Assembly: GCF_030684315.1 (NCBI RefSeq)
Contig: NC_081365.1
Span: 36,607,394-36,671,393 of the forward strand
DNA length: 64,000 nucleotides
DNA from: Stegostoma tigrinum
Lineage: Eukaryota
Reading direction: 5' to 3'
Part shown: piece after piece, positions 34,450 through 47,129 of the stretch
Layout of the letters: every line of letters starts with the position of its first letter
How positions within the stretch are numbered: position 1 is the first letter of the stretch
Notes under the pieces: model-generated
Told to the model about the DNA's origin: nothing
Database searches by the model: none
Seen by the model: the letters and a program-made list of their open reading frames with translations, nothing else
Position numbers and translations under genes: made by a program

Positions 34450-36184
34450 GTAAGGGGAAATCCTACTAGCTGGTTCAGAATTGGAATAAATCCAGGTTGT
34501 TTGTTTTTTTTTCAACTTTATCTTCGATCCAGCTTGTCTCTAGTGACATAACTGATACTTGTACTTGTTTTGATCCTCAAAAAAGTGATCTGGATTAGTC
34601 ATAAGTTTTTAAAATACCATAATATGTGAACATTTGATTGAGATTTATTCTCACAATTCAAAATAAATCTAAATAAGTTTAAAGTACTTGGACTAGTCCC
34701 AAGCTTCACATGGAGCAGGGCTGTTTTTAAGGGCTTATTTTGTTTGAAAAGGATGGGTTTCACCTGTACTGAAGAGGAACCAATATCCTAGCAGGAACAT
34801 TCCCTAATTCTGATAGGGGAAACAGTAAACTATTAGGGGGAAAATCCTTGGTAGCAGACTAAATGGAAAGATAGATGAGGATGGTTTTTAAATTTTAAAA
34901 GAATAATTAAAAAAGACATAAGAGCAAGTCAGAGAATGAAGTACCTCTGAAGAATTAAACTGCATTTATTTCAATGCAAGGGGTCTTGCAGGTAAGGCCG
35001 AACTCAGCATGTTTGGGAACACGGGACTGGAACTTTGAAGCCATTACATTAAATGTGGCTGAGGGACGAACAGGACTAACAGCTTAATGTAAGATAACAA
35101 AGTGTGAAGCTGGATGAACACAGCAGGCCAAGCAGCATCTCAGAAGCACTTAATGTGCTGAGTTTTAGGTACAGTAGGAAGGATAGAAAAAGAGGCAACA
35201 GGAGGAAGAGTAGTGCTTTTAATTAAGGAAGACGTTACTGCTGTAACTAAAAGATATTTCTGACAAATGGTCCAGTGAAAATATTAGGAACAAAATGAAA
35301 GTAGAAATTAAAAATCCCTTTGGAATTGTACAGTGTTTCCTTCAATAGTCAGAAGGAAATTGAGGAACAAATGTAGCGAGATTTCAGATATACACAAGAA
35401 TAAAATTTGTAAGGGGAGATTTTAGTTACTCAAACACTGACTGGGATTACCATGGTGTTAAAGGTTTGGATGGTGAAGAATTTACTAAAATTTTCTTGAA
35501 CCCGTGTAAATATTCCTACTAGAGATGGAGCAAAAGTTGACTCTGTTTGGTAATAAGACAGGGCAAATGACTGAAGTGATAGTACGGGAATACTTTGGGT
35601 CTAGTGATCATAATTTTTTGAAAAACATTGTGGAAAGGATAAGTCTTCCATTTAAAAATTAATTTTTTTTAATGATGAGACAAAAATTGATTGGAGTAGA
35701 CCCTTTGCAGGAAAAGGGATGTCTGAAATGGGATGTTTTCAAAAATGTGATAACTAGTTCTGCCTTATGTTTTGGTTAATAAAAAGTAAAGCTGGGAGAA
35801 TTAAAGAACAATGGATGAATAAAGATAGAGGTTCTAGTCCAGAGTTTAAAAAAAAATCACATTAGATATAGACAACAGTTCAAATGAATCTCTTGAATGG
35901 CGAAGAGCAGCGTAGGGGCATTGATAAAACAGAGATCAGGAAGGCAGAGAGGATATGAGAATCTTACTTGTCAAGTCTAAGAATAATCCAAATAGAACCT
36001 GTTAGTACGTTTAAGAGCAAGAGAACCACTAGAGAGTAGGACCCCTTAAAAGTCAACAAGGTCATCTTTGCGTTGAACCTGAAGAGGTGGGAGAGATATT
36101 AAAATGAATAGCGAGTTGATAAGATTTGTAGCTCAGGTTGAGATTCTGGATGCGAGTTTGCTTGCTGAGCTGGAAGGTTAGTTT

Positions 36185-36224
36185 TCAGACGTTTCGTCAC
36201 CATTCTAGGTAACATCATCAGTGA
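36185..36224 (-). ncRNA. Minimal type-I hammerhead ribozyme motif
   Basis: TCA-CTGATGA-T-GTTACC tagaat GGTGAC-GAAA-CG-TC-TGA on the minus strand. Confidence 0.75.
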
Positions 36225-36908
36225 GCCTCCGACGAAGCGCTGGCGTTATGCCTGCTTTCTATTTAGCTGGTTAGGTTTCCTTGGGTTGGTGATGTCGTTT
36301 TCTGTTCTTTTTCTCAGAGGATGGTAGATTGATTTGGAGCCAATGTGTTTGTTGGAGTTCCGGTTGAAATGCCATGCTTCTAGGCATTCTCGTGCGTGTC
36401 TGTTTGGCTTGTCCTAGGATGGACGTGTTGTCCCAATCAAAGTGGTGTCCTTCCTCATCTGTATGTAAGGATACGAGTGATAGTGGGTCATGTCGTTTTG
36501 TGGCTAGTTGATGTTCATGTATCCTGGTGGCTAGCTTTCTGCCTGCTTGTCCAATGTAGTTCGTCATCTACAAAATACCTTGCAAGAGTTGTGACAAACA
36601 CTACATTGGACTAACAGGCAGAAAGCTAGCCACAAAACGACATGACCCACTATCACTCGTATCCTTACATACAGATGAGGAAGGACACCACTTTGATTGG
36701 GACAACACGTCCATCCTAGGACAAGCCAAACAGACACGCACGAGAATGCCTAGAAGCATGGCATTTCAACCGGAACTCCAACAAACACATTGGCTCCAAA
36801 TCAATCTACCATCCTCTGAGAAAAAGAACAGAAAACGACATCACCAACCCAAGGAAACCTAACCAGCTAAATAGAAAGCGGGCATAACGCCAGCGCTTTG
36901 TCGGAGGC

Positions 36909-36948
36909 TCACTGATGATGTCACCTAGAATGGTGACGAAACGTCTGA
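36909..36948 (+). ncRNA. Minimal type-I hammerhead ribozyme motif
   Basis: TCA-CTGATGA-T-GTCACC tagaat GGTGAC-GAAA-CG-TC-TGA: intact core, perfect 6-bp stem II and a GUC site, with predicted cleavage after 36945. Confidence 0.8.
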
Positions 36949-37606
36949 AAACTAACCTTCCAGCTCAGCGAGCAAACTTGCATCCATTAAAATGAATATT
37001 TTACAAGAAATGGAAGCTAGAGAATTTTGGTGATGTTTTGAAAACAGTTTACATAACAGAAGAGGAATGGTGGATAAATCTCTGGGACCTGATCTAGTGT
37101 ATCCCAGGATTTTGTGGGAAGTTAGGGAGGAAATTGCAGAACCCCCCACAGAAGTATTTGTATCATCTATAAATATGGGTGATGTGCCAAATGGCTGGAG
37201 AGTAGCATGTGTTGTGCCTTTAAGGGATGTAAGGAGAAGCCTGGGAACTATAGACCTGTGAGCCTGACTTTGGTGGTGGGTAAGTTGTTGGAAGTGATTT
37301 TAAAGATAGGATTGACATGCATTTGGAGAGGCAAAGAATGATGAGGGATAGTCAGTGTGGTTTTGTGTAAGGGGAAATGGTGTTTCACAAACTTGGAGGT
37401 AACCAAGAAGATTGAGGGCAGAGTAATTGACATTGTTTACTTGGACTTTTTAAAATGCCTTTGACAAGGTTCCCCATGGTAAACTAATTCAGGTGAGCTT
37501 GCCAATTGGATACAAAGTTGGCTTAATGGCAGGAGATGGTGGAGGGTTGTTTTTTTTCTGGCAGTGTTCCAGAGATCAGTGCTAGGTCCACTTTTGCCAT
37601 TTGTAT

Positions 37607-37914
37607 GGGTGGCACAGTGGCTTAGTGGTTAGCACTGCTGCCTCACAGCACCAGGGACCCAGGTTCAATTCCAGCCTTGGGTGACTGTGTGGAATTAGCA
37701 TATTCTCCATATGTCTGCATGGGTTTCCTCCTACAGTTTAAAGATGTGCAGTTAGGTGGACTAGTCATGCTAAATCACCCATTGTGTTCAGGGATATGTA
37801 GGTTAGGTGTGTTAGTAATAAGGAAATGGAGGGATAAGGCAGGCGATGGGTCTGGGTGCAATGCTGTGAGGTTTCGTGTACTTGTTAGGCCATATGGCTT
37901 GGATGGGTTCTATG
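37607..37914 (+). mobile_element. HE1-like tRNA-derived SINE nested in a CR1
   Basis: Box A TGGCTTAGTGG, box B GGTTCAATTCC, conserved core and TTCTATG tail. Confidence 0.85.
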
Positions 37915-40486
37915 ATCTGAAGATAATCTAAATAAATGATTTAGATGAGAATATAGAAAGCATCACAAAAGTTATGAATGACACCAAGATTGGCCAGTGA
38001 AGAAGCTTATCTAAGATTACAAAAAAAACTTAATTAGTTGGTTCAAAGGGCTGAAGAAAGCTAAGACTTGTACAATTAAAAATATAGAGCCTTAGGTAGT
38101 GTTAGAGAAGAGACCTAGTGGATCAAGTACATAATTCTTTAAAGTTTGTATCACATACTTAACATGGTTAAGGGGTTTTGAATGCTTTCCTTCGTTACTT
38201 AGCCTATTGAGTTCAGGGGTTGGGACATTACGTTGAGGTTGTACAGGACACAGAAACCAGTTCTGGTCACCCAGTTATTAGTAAAGACAGTAAGTTGGAG
38301 AAGGTTCAAAATAGATATAGCAGGCTGTTGCTGGAAACGAAGGGTTTGAGTTATAAGGAGAGCCTGGATAGGCTGGGACTTTAACTAGAGCATAGGAGGG
38401 TGAGGGATGACCTTTTATGCAGGCTTAAAATCATGAGGGGTATAGATAAGGTGAATGTAGATGTCTTTTTGTAGGATGGTACATTAAGACTAAGAGCATA
38501 TTTTTAAGTTGAGAAAGAGTCAAAAAAGACATGGGGGCAATTTTTTTAAAAACTAGTTTCTTGTGCAGAATGATCTTCTGGAGGGAGTAGTGGATGTAGG
38601 TACCCTTACAGTGTCTAAAAGACATTTATCTAAGTACATGATTAAGAAATGTTTGGAGGAATATGGGCCAATCACTGGCAGAGGGAATATTTAGGTTGAG
38701 GATTATGGTTGGCATGGACTGGTTGGTCCGAAAAATCTTTTTCCAAGCACTGTGACTGTGCTAATTTTTGGTTTTGAGGGTTACTATTTTTTCATTTTCA
38801 CACTTCAAGTATAGAAGATGATGTCTCCACCTTCTAATATTTTTCTTTAAAAGGATACTTTGGTTGATAAATGGCACACTTACCATACGTTGTCCATATT
38901 GAGATCCCAATAGAGACCTTTGCAAGTCACCACTAGTCACATCATCTTAATACTTAAGTTTTTGCTTGTTATTCGTAGTTGAACTCTTGACACAGCTAAT
39001 ATCTTATGAAAGTCCATGAATATAAAGTGTTGACACTTGCCCTGACCACTACTTAGTCACCTCTTCAAAAAGTTCAGTTTGCCAGGCACGATCTATTATT
39101 CACAAATTTTGTCCGACTTGGAAGATTTTCAGGGCCTCAGTCACATTATCCTTAATGACAGACCCTAATAACTTCTGATACTAAAAGTACAGTGTTCAGT
39201 GGGATTTAGCTGTTGCCCCACGCTAGTTTGCTGCCCAAATATTTCGCAAGAATCTGTGTATTCTTTAAATTCCTAAATTAACTTCCATCACCTTTTTACA
39301 ATGTTACTGATCAGATACAATACTCCAGTTGTCACGTAACACTTCAATTTTATTAGCATGGTTTCCATTTTGCTACATTTTAATCTAGGTTAATTCAAAC
39401 CTTGTGCCAGTGTTCCAAATGAAAATTACTACTATTTTCCTAGCAGTGGCTCGCCTATATCCCAAAATTAAAATTTTCCCAGTCCCGCTATCAATTGCCA
39501 GAGATAGAATGATGTTTTAGACAACTATTTTAACTAACTGGAAATTAACTGAACTTTGCAACACCTTTTTCTTCAACATTTGGGGTTTGCAGAAATTTTC
39601 TCTAGACCGGGGCTGGCTTTCAGTGGCATGACCTTGCAGCTCCAATGAAGTCCTGAAACACCATCCGTGTAGCATTTCAGCATCAGACCAATATAGTAGT
39701 TACTGGACTGGAAGGGAGTGATAATTAATCTGGACTTGTTCCAATCCTCCTCTCTTCTGTGGGTTGTGCCACTGCCACCACCAGTTAGTGTTATTTACTG
39801 CTATGGAAAGGGAGATGGTAAAGTTACCATAGCTTCTCAGGCCATAAAGTTGTGCTGTCATTAGAGAGATGCCTGCTGCTCCTTTAACATGAAGGTCACC
39901 ACACCTAAAGCCAGGGGAGCAGAATCTGTCATGTAACTTCAGCTAGCATCACAAACTAGCTATCCAGCCAACTGAGTGAAACTGACATGGTGGGCTGAAT
40001 ACTGACAATGCAAAAGGAAGCTATTCAGTGAACATGTGTTCAGAAGAGAACAAAAGTTATTGATCCTAGCTCTTTTGCTGCTAAATCTAGCAATTTCTTA
40101 ATACAGGCTAATGTATAACAAGTATAAGCTTGAGATTTGAAACAGGTGTCATGTGTGGCTACTCTAATGTGGTAATAATGATCAGGATGGCAACTTTGTC
40201 TGAAATGGGTAATGTTTGTGGCAGTGTAACGTAAAAGATTATACAGTAATAAGCATATTTTGATCAAGCAGCAAAAAAGTGTGTTTCCCCTTCAAAGTCT
40301 TTCACTTTGACATATACATATGCTTGAAATTAAAGTTAAGTTTCAGGCTGTGGCTCAAAATCACAGTAATGATAATACTGCATGAGGCTATTAAATGCAG
40401 AAGAACATTGAAACATTCAAAGGCAGAATATATTCATTAGCCAAAACTGAGTGTACTAACTTTTTATTTTCCATATTTGGCTGCAG

Positions 40487-40588
40487 GCTGCCAATAGACA
40501 CGAATCCTTGACATCCATCAACATGGCAAAAAAAGCCCGATGGAAAGAGGAGAAACAGCAGGAAGCAGAAGACACCAAAAGGCAATGA
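40487..40588 (+). CDS. FAM162A: FAM162A coding exon 4 of 4
   Basis: TACTAAC branch point at 40454-40460 and CTGCAG acceptor; encodes AANRHESLTSINMAKKARWKEEKQQEAEDTKRQ*. The spliced protein is 151 aa. An AATAAA lies at 41017-41022. Confidence 0.95.
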   Translation, partial: AANRHESLTSINMAKKARWKEEKQQEAEDTKRQ

Positions 40589-42233
40589 TTCAGTGTGGAC
40601 TGAAACTTGCGATGATAACCAGTGTGATTTTTGTTGTATTAACACAACATACATAATAGGACAACAAAATACTGTGCCTCAAGTGAGGAATTCCTGAATG
40701 TAACCAGTTAATGTTTTCTTCCAATTTAGTTTGGTTATAAAATGAAAATAATTGTAGCCACAAATTTATGAAATTACTATCCTATTTTCCTTGTATTTGA
40801 ATAATTGACAGGGAAGAGTCATTTGCAGTACAGTTATATAGCATCACAATAGCCAGATTCTGCACATGATCACGCTGCTGAAAAGGAAGTAATTGCAATT
40901 AGTAAAGTGCTATGCCCTGCATTTGCTAGTTATCTTTTCTTGGGTTTTACAAAGTAGCTAAAGTTACTCCTAATGTGTCTGCTGTTTTTCTGCTTTAACA
41001 TTTTTCTTGATCAGAAAATAAAACTAACATTTCACCTGTTAATTAGTAATCTTATTCCCTTAATGGTTTAACATTGGAAATAACTTGCTACATTTAGGCT
41101 TAGAGCTGTTGTCTCTTCAAGAAACTATGTTCACTTGCCTGATTCACTAGACAAGTGCAAGAGACCTAGTGTTAGAGTTGCTGTGCTTTGTTGGAGTGAT
41201 CAGCCCTTGGATCTCTTAGCATGAGCTTTCTCATCCTCCAGTTGATGAGAATGCATATGGATTATGAAATTTGAAATGAATTATTAGGTTGAAAAGGATT
41301 TAACACATTGTTGGAACTGGAATGTTAAAAGGCTAAAAAGGAAATTGATTTACCTGCTGCTCTTTCTTTAAGAAAGTCACTTCAGAAGCTTTTAGGAGTT
41401 AAGTATAAAGTGTAGAGTTTTATTGCTTTAATGTTGAAAATAGACCTACACAACCTTAAATGAATCTGCCTAACTATTACCATCACCTTGCAACAGACTT
41501 TGGACTGTAGTGGTTTCTTCCTCTCTTTCTCTTCCCTTCCCCCTGACCGAGTGTTTCAGGACAATATTTCTCAGCTGAACCTACAACCTTTTCCAAAGAT
41601 TTTCCACTAATCTACAATGGTCAGCAAGCAGATCTTATTGATAGGAAATCAGAGGAATTGAGGTCAAACTGTCAATCTGCCAGTGACCCACAGTGGTATG
41701 CAGTTGTTTCCATTTTAGCTTAAGTGTGCATGTTAGAGATTAAGGGATTATAATTTAATTTACATGGTAGATTTTGTTGCTTAAACTGTTTGCAATTTGA
41801 CTAATTTTGCCTGTAATAAACACCTTGGATATTTATGAAAAGACCTGATCAAAGTCTTGTTTTTGTTAATAGTAATAACAAACAATTTGGCCTCTGAATA
41901 AATTTACACCTTTGCTACACAGTTCACTGAGCACTGGAGCCTTCCAGTGCATACTTTTTAACAGACTCAATATTGATTTTTTAAAAAATTGCATTATGCC
42001 TCTTACTTTTACTTTGGTCAACATCAATTTACACTAGCTCACTTTCTACAGGGGCTTTAGCTTGTTATAACATCTGTACATAAAAGGTAAATCTAATTGT
42101 CAAACCGTCCACTGGATTAGAACTACAGAAGTGTCTTGTACAAGAGGTTGTACAGCTTTGCAAAGGAATTTTTAGCTTTTTTAATGCATTACAAATTACT
42201 TAACAGGTTTTACAAAAAAAGTTCATTACAAAA

Positions 42234-42735
42234 GTTCTGGGCGCCCTATTATAGGAAAGATGTGGATGCTTTGGAGAGGGTTCAGAGGAGGTTTACCAGG
42301 ATGCTGCCTGGACTGGAGGGCTTATCTTATGAAGAGAGGTTGACTGAGCTCGGTCTCTTTTCATTGGAGAAAAGGAGGAGGAGAGGGGACCTAATTGAGG
42401 TATACAAGATAATGAGAGGCATAGATAGAGTCGATAGCCAGAGACTATTTCCCAGGGCAGAAATGGCTAGCACGAGGGGTCATAGTTTTAAGCTGGTTGG
42501 TGGAAAGTATAGAGGGGATGTCAGAGGCAGGTTCTTTACGCAGAGAGTTGTGAGAGCATGGAATGCGTTGCCAGCAGCAGTTGTGGAAGCAAGGTCATTG
42601 GGGTCATTTAAGAGACTGCTGGACATGCATATGGTCACAGAAATTTGAGGGTGCATCCATGAGGATCAATGGTCGGCACAACATTGTGGGCTGAAGGGCC
42701 TGTTCTGTGCTGTACTGTTCTATGTTCTATGTTCT
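42234..42735 (+). mobile_element. Young 5'-truncated CR1 LINE
   Basis: Uninterrupted ORF2 C-terminus (FWAPYYRKDVDALERVQRRFTRMLPG...WNALP...SFKRLLD), a 3' UTR and a (GTTCTAT)n tail. Confidence 0.95.
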
Positions 42736-45499
42736 AAATGGAAATAATATTTAAGATAATTCACCACCACTGTTCAGGAATTCTGCCAATTGCACTCTGA
42801 AGCAGCCCTGCCTGTTCAATTTTGTAATTCTTACATGTTTTTAGTAGCAGTGTAGCTTCTTCTTGGTGAAGCTGAAGCTTTTTACTTTTCATCTTTAGCA
42901 ATTAAAAGATACCACATCATAATTGTAGCATTTCCATAATCATTGGTTGCTTGGAAGTACAGAACTTGACTATTGCTGAGAGAGACATTTTGTCAAAGCT
43001 TTTTGTTTTGCATTGATCAAAACAAGAGATTATTGGCCACACCTACCCCACTGATCAGTGTTGAGATTCCTACACTTCAGTGTGAGATTAGATTGGCCTC
43101 AGTGGCAATCTCAGAAGTAGGACTGAATTTTGTTCACTGTGCAAGCTTGATCCTGAAATAGAGAAGATCAAAGCCATTCCGGCATAATGGTTATGCTGAT
43201 CAGAACTGTAATAGCTCTAAACTGCAAAAACTCAAATGAATCAAAAGCCCTTAACTTTGGGTCCTGGGACATCTCAAAAAGGTATGAGCAAGTGTTTCAT
43301 CTTTCTGTACAGTTACAGCTTGAAAGATGTAATTAATAAACTGTCACACTGAGTCAAAAATGTGTTGTTCCTATCACAAAATGCATATAGGATGTGGACT
43401 GCAGTGCCATTGTGATACTAGGTATGTAAGCTACATATCGCAAAGATTGGTGGATTTTATCACTTCAGCAGTTTGCAGTAGGCAAGTAGTGATCATACCC
43501 AACTCACCCACATTCCAAAACTCAACTGTTAAAAATTATCCAATTATAGAATTAAATCTAAATATCTTGACTGTGCTAAGAATTACATGAGCAACGAATT
43601 TTGGGTTTTAGATTATATTTATAGTATACTTGCCTATATTAGAGGCCATATAATACTTGAAACTGTTTTGTACACAGAACACCTTCATGCACTGCACTTG
43701 TGTCAACTCAAAAATAGGTAGTTCATGCATTTTTAGGATAATGCATTGACTAATGTCATCAAGCCTGGCTTAAAATTTGAACAAAGCTTAGTAGTTAACT
43801 GCCAGTTATCATCTATCTTGTGCATTTTCCAATGCACAACCAGCTCTATCAGTATCCACTTGCTAACTGATCAGCACGCACAATGAAATGTTTTCCCTTT
43901 ACATATTGCATTAAAAAAAACTGTCTTGATAAGCTAAAGACAATAAACTTTGACAGAATGGTTTTAGTGATACATTTCAGTTTGATAATAGTTTCATTCT
44001 GCATTGGACAAGTTTATAGAGATAAATATTTATTCAACTCTTGAACTGAATGTCATCTCTTAAAATACTGTTAGACATTTGTTGACTGATTTTATAATTT
44101 AAAGACTTGATTGATCAGAGCAGTATTTCCAGTTAATCATTTGTGGAATCGGTAGAGTGAAATGTATAAAGCTTTCTGTAGCTGAAAGTCTAACCGAGTG
44201 GGTTGGGTGAAGGTATCATGTTTTACAAAGTAAATTTAGATTGTGCATATGCTAATAAACTTGAAGAATTTACTGGGTTTTATGCAGTCATACCATTAAA
44301 TGCAAATTTAATTTTCAGTGTAGAAAATATTTTAAAACATGCTGGTAGCACAACTTGTGGCATTATAATTTAAGACTATGAAATAAGTGGCTTATAATTC
44401 TTATGTCCATACAACTGTTGAGGATTATGTAAGGGGCTACTAATTTTAATACACAAAAGCCCAAATTAAGTTAAATTCCTTTGACTGCTCCTGAAAAACT
44501 TAAGAAATCAGTTAAAATATGCAATTGTAAAAACTTTGAATGTGACATTTGTTCCTGATGGTGAGCAATTAATTCTGTCAAGATGTAAAAGGTGTCTTCA
44601 CCAAACAATGAAGTACAGGATGGTCAAAGTTCATCTTGTCTTGGCATACAGCTTCAGGATCAGTATTGATTAGTTTGTACATATTAGGAACAAAGCTGCA
44701 GTACTGTAGAAACAGCAGTGATTATATTTAGATGAACAGACTACTCATCACCGCCAGTTAGAACTAAACAGAAACACAGAACAGGTCTGTACAAATCCCT
44801 GTAATTTTCTCATTTATCCAATTCCCTTTTGAAAGTTACAACTGAAACTCTTCCACAACCATCAGTTGGATGACACATCATTCTTGTTTGCAGAGCTCTC
44901 CCTTTAACAAATGCTTGGAACTGCTCAATGTACTCATTTTGTTTCAGTTCCTTTTTATCCCCTGTAACTTTAAGCAGAATGATCACTGTTTTCTTGGAGA
45001 TGGATTGTATGGGTTGTTCTCGTTGCGTACCCCATGGACATTTGTTTATAGGGAATTCAGTTGCAAGTAGGTTTTGTACATAAAGAATCCTACTTTGTCT
45101 ACGTCTACTGTTGCAGGTACTTTGAGTTGATGGATTATGTAGCATCACAGGCTTTCTTTGACAAGGCACCTAAATAACTAGGAAGCTTGAGAGATTGAGA
45201 GAACGGTATTAAGTCGTCTCAAAATAAACATTTTATCATTCAATTTAAATGCAAGACTATTTAAAACTGAACAGAATTTATGTTGAATTCAGTGGCTCAT
45301 GGCAGAAAGATAAGAGGTCAGACAAAGCAGGAGCTTGGCATTGTACTGTTAGTCACTGATCATCAGTGGGTAAAAGCAGAATGTTCTGGGGGAAGTGGAA
45401 AAATACAGGGCAGTAACCTCCTTAAAACCTCACCTACAAATAAGGTGCAGTGGACCCACAATTGAGAAGTTCCTCATGTAAGGTACATCCATACAAAAT

Positions 45500-46325
45500 T
45501 GATGGGTAAGAAAAAAGTTCACCTGATCCTTGGGCTTGGTTAGGTCAAGAGAGTGGGCAAAGAAGCAACAGATGGAAAACTGTGGGAAAGTGAGGGGTTA
45601 TGCACTTTGGTAGGAAGGAGAGGCATAATCTAATTTCAAGATGGGAAAAGGCATCAAAAATCTGAAGCAGAAAGGGACTTAGGAGTCCTACTTGGGGATT
45701 TTAAGGTTAACATGCAAGTTCAGTTGGCAGTTAGGAAGGCAAATGCAATGTTAGCATTCACTGAGGGCTAGAAGACAAGAACAGGGATATACTGCTGTGT
45801 TGTAAAAGACAGCTTGCATTTGGAATATTGAGCAGTTTTGGTATTTATATGCTGACATTGGAGGGTGTGCAGAGGAGTTTAAAAGAATGATTGCAGTAAC
45901 GAAAGGCTTGTCATTAAGGAGTGGTTGAGAACTTTGGGTCTGTACTAGAGAGAATCTAGAAGGAAAATTCAGGTATTTATTGAAATTTACAGAGTTCTAA
46001 GCAGTCTGGATAGATTCAATGTGAAGATGATGTTTCCACAGAGACTAGGAGCCAAGGACACAGACTCAGAATGGAGGCACGACTCCTTAGAAGAGGAGAA
46101 ATTTATTCAGTCAGAGATGGTGAAGCAGTAGTACTAATTATGACAAGGCTGTGAAGATCAGGACATCAAGTGTCTTTATGACAGAGATAGATAAGTTCTT
46201 GATTGGTAAGGGGAGTAAGGGTTACAGGGAGAAGTCAGTAACATAGGGTTAAGAAATATACCAGCTATGGTCAAATGACAGAGCAGACCCGATGGGCCAA
46301 CCAGTCTAATGCTGCTCCTCCTACA
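45500..46325 (+). mobile_element. Degenerate CR1 LINE 3' fragment
   Basis: Remnants of VMHFGRK, AVRKANAMLAF and the CR1 3' end. Confidence 0.75.
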
Positions 46326-47129
46326 CCTCAAGTGTTATTAGCCTTGAAAATAAAAGGTTTGGCTATCAGATGACTTGAAACCTACTCTAAAGGAAACTAA
46401 TCGTGGTTCTTGACTTGCCAAGGTTTTAAGTCAAAACTTAGTTCACCTGCTAACTATATACCTAGCTAGATCACCCACAAATAAACGAAAACCAAACACC
46501 GTATCCCAGTTGCAGTTTGAGCAGTGATCTAAATATTAGCAAAATTGTCTTTTGCTTTATAGGAAATTTGTGCAATCCAACATCCTAAATTTAGCTACAG
46601 TTTTAACTGCATTTCTCATGAACTGTGATCTGTGCACTCAAACACCAAGAATTCTTTTTGATCTTTTACAGCCTAGTTCACTGCATGATACCCTTGTGAC
46701 AACAGAATCAAAAATGACACCTTCCGAGTATACCCAAATCTTTCTGAACCTGACTGCAGTTTTTTGCTGTCATAACCCTTGCACAGTGTGAATTTCCAAC
46801 AGTCAAGGTATCGTTCTGGAAATATGAAGTCAATAAAGTTTAGTATCTTCATTATCTTAACAAGAGTTATTTTAAACATAGATAACAAGGTGTAGAGTTG
46901 GATGAACACAGCAAACCAAGCAACAGAGGAGCAGGAAAGTTGACGTTTCAGGCCTAGACCCTTGGGTTTAATTATTTTAGTTATCTAGTTATCTTAAACA
47001 TAATCAATTTAAACAAAACTCTGGAAAAATTCATTGTATGTAAAGAAAGCACAACTTAACAGTCACTACTTCAGCTGAAGTATTGATAATACATATACAA
47101 TGATAACACAGCCCTTTTTTTAAAGGGGG

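Larger units (their letters stand above)
36111..36986. mobile_element. Palindromic Penelope-like insertion (family A): two inverted GIY-YIG/3' segments, each with a hammerhead
   Basis: Arms 36147-36560 and 36600-36986. VIYKIPCKSCDKHYIG (GIY-YIG) at 36563-36610. 36-nt tail at 36111-36146. TSD TTAAAATGAATA at 36099-36110 and 36987-36998. Confidence 0.95.
34660..38760 (+). mobile_element. Long degenerate CR1 LINE (APE, RT and 3' end) carrying nested Penelope and SINE insertions
   Basis: Collinear remnants: CIYFNARG, GDF..., GSSDHN, DKSLGPDLVYPRILWEVREEIAEP, AFDKVPHG and the CR1 3' end. Confidence 0.85.

Noticed and set aside
37607-37680. tRNA gene
   Set aside because: The A and B boxes are the head of an HE1-like SINE and no complete cloverleaf is present. 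The same applies at 27710.
42136-42648. 170-aa ORF as a host gene
   Set aside because: It is the CR1 ORF2 C-terminus fused to chance upstream sequence.
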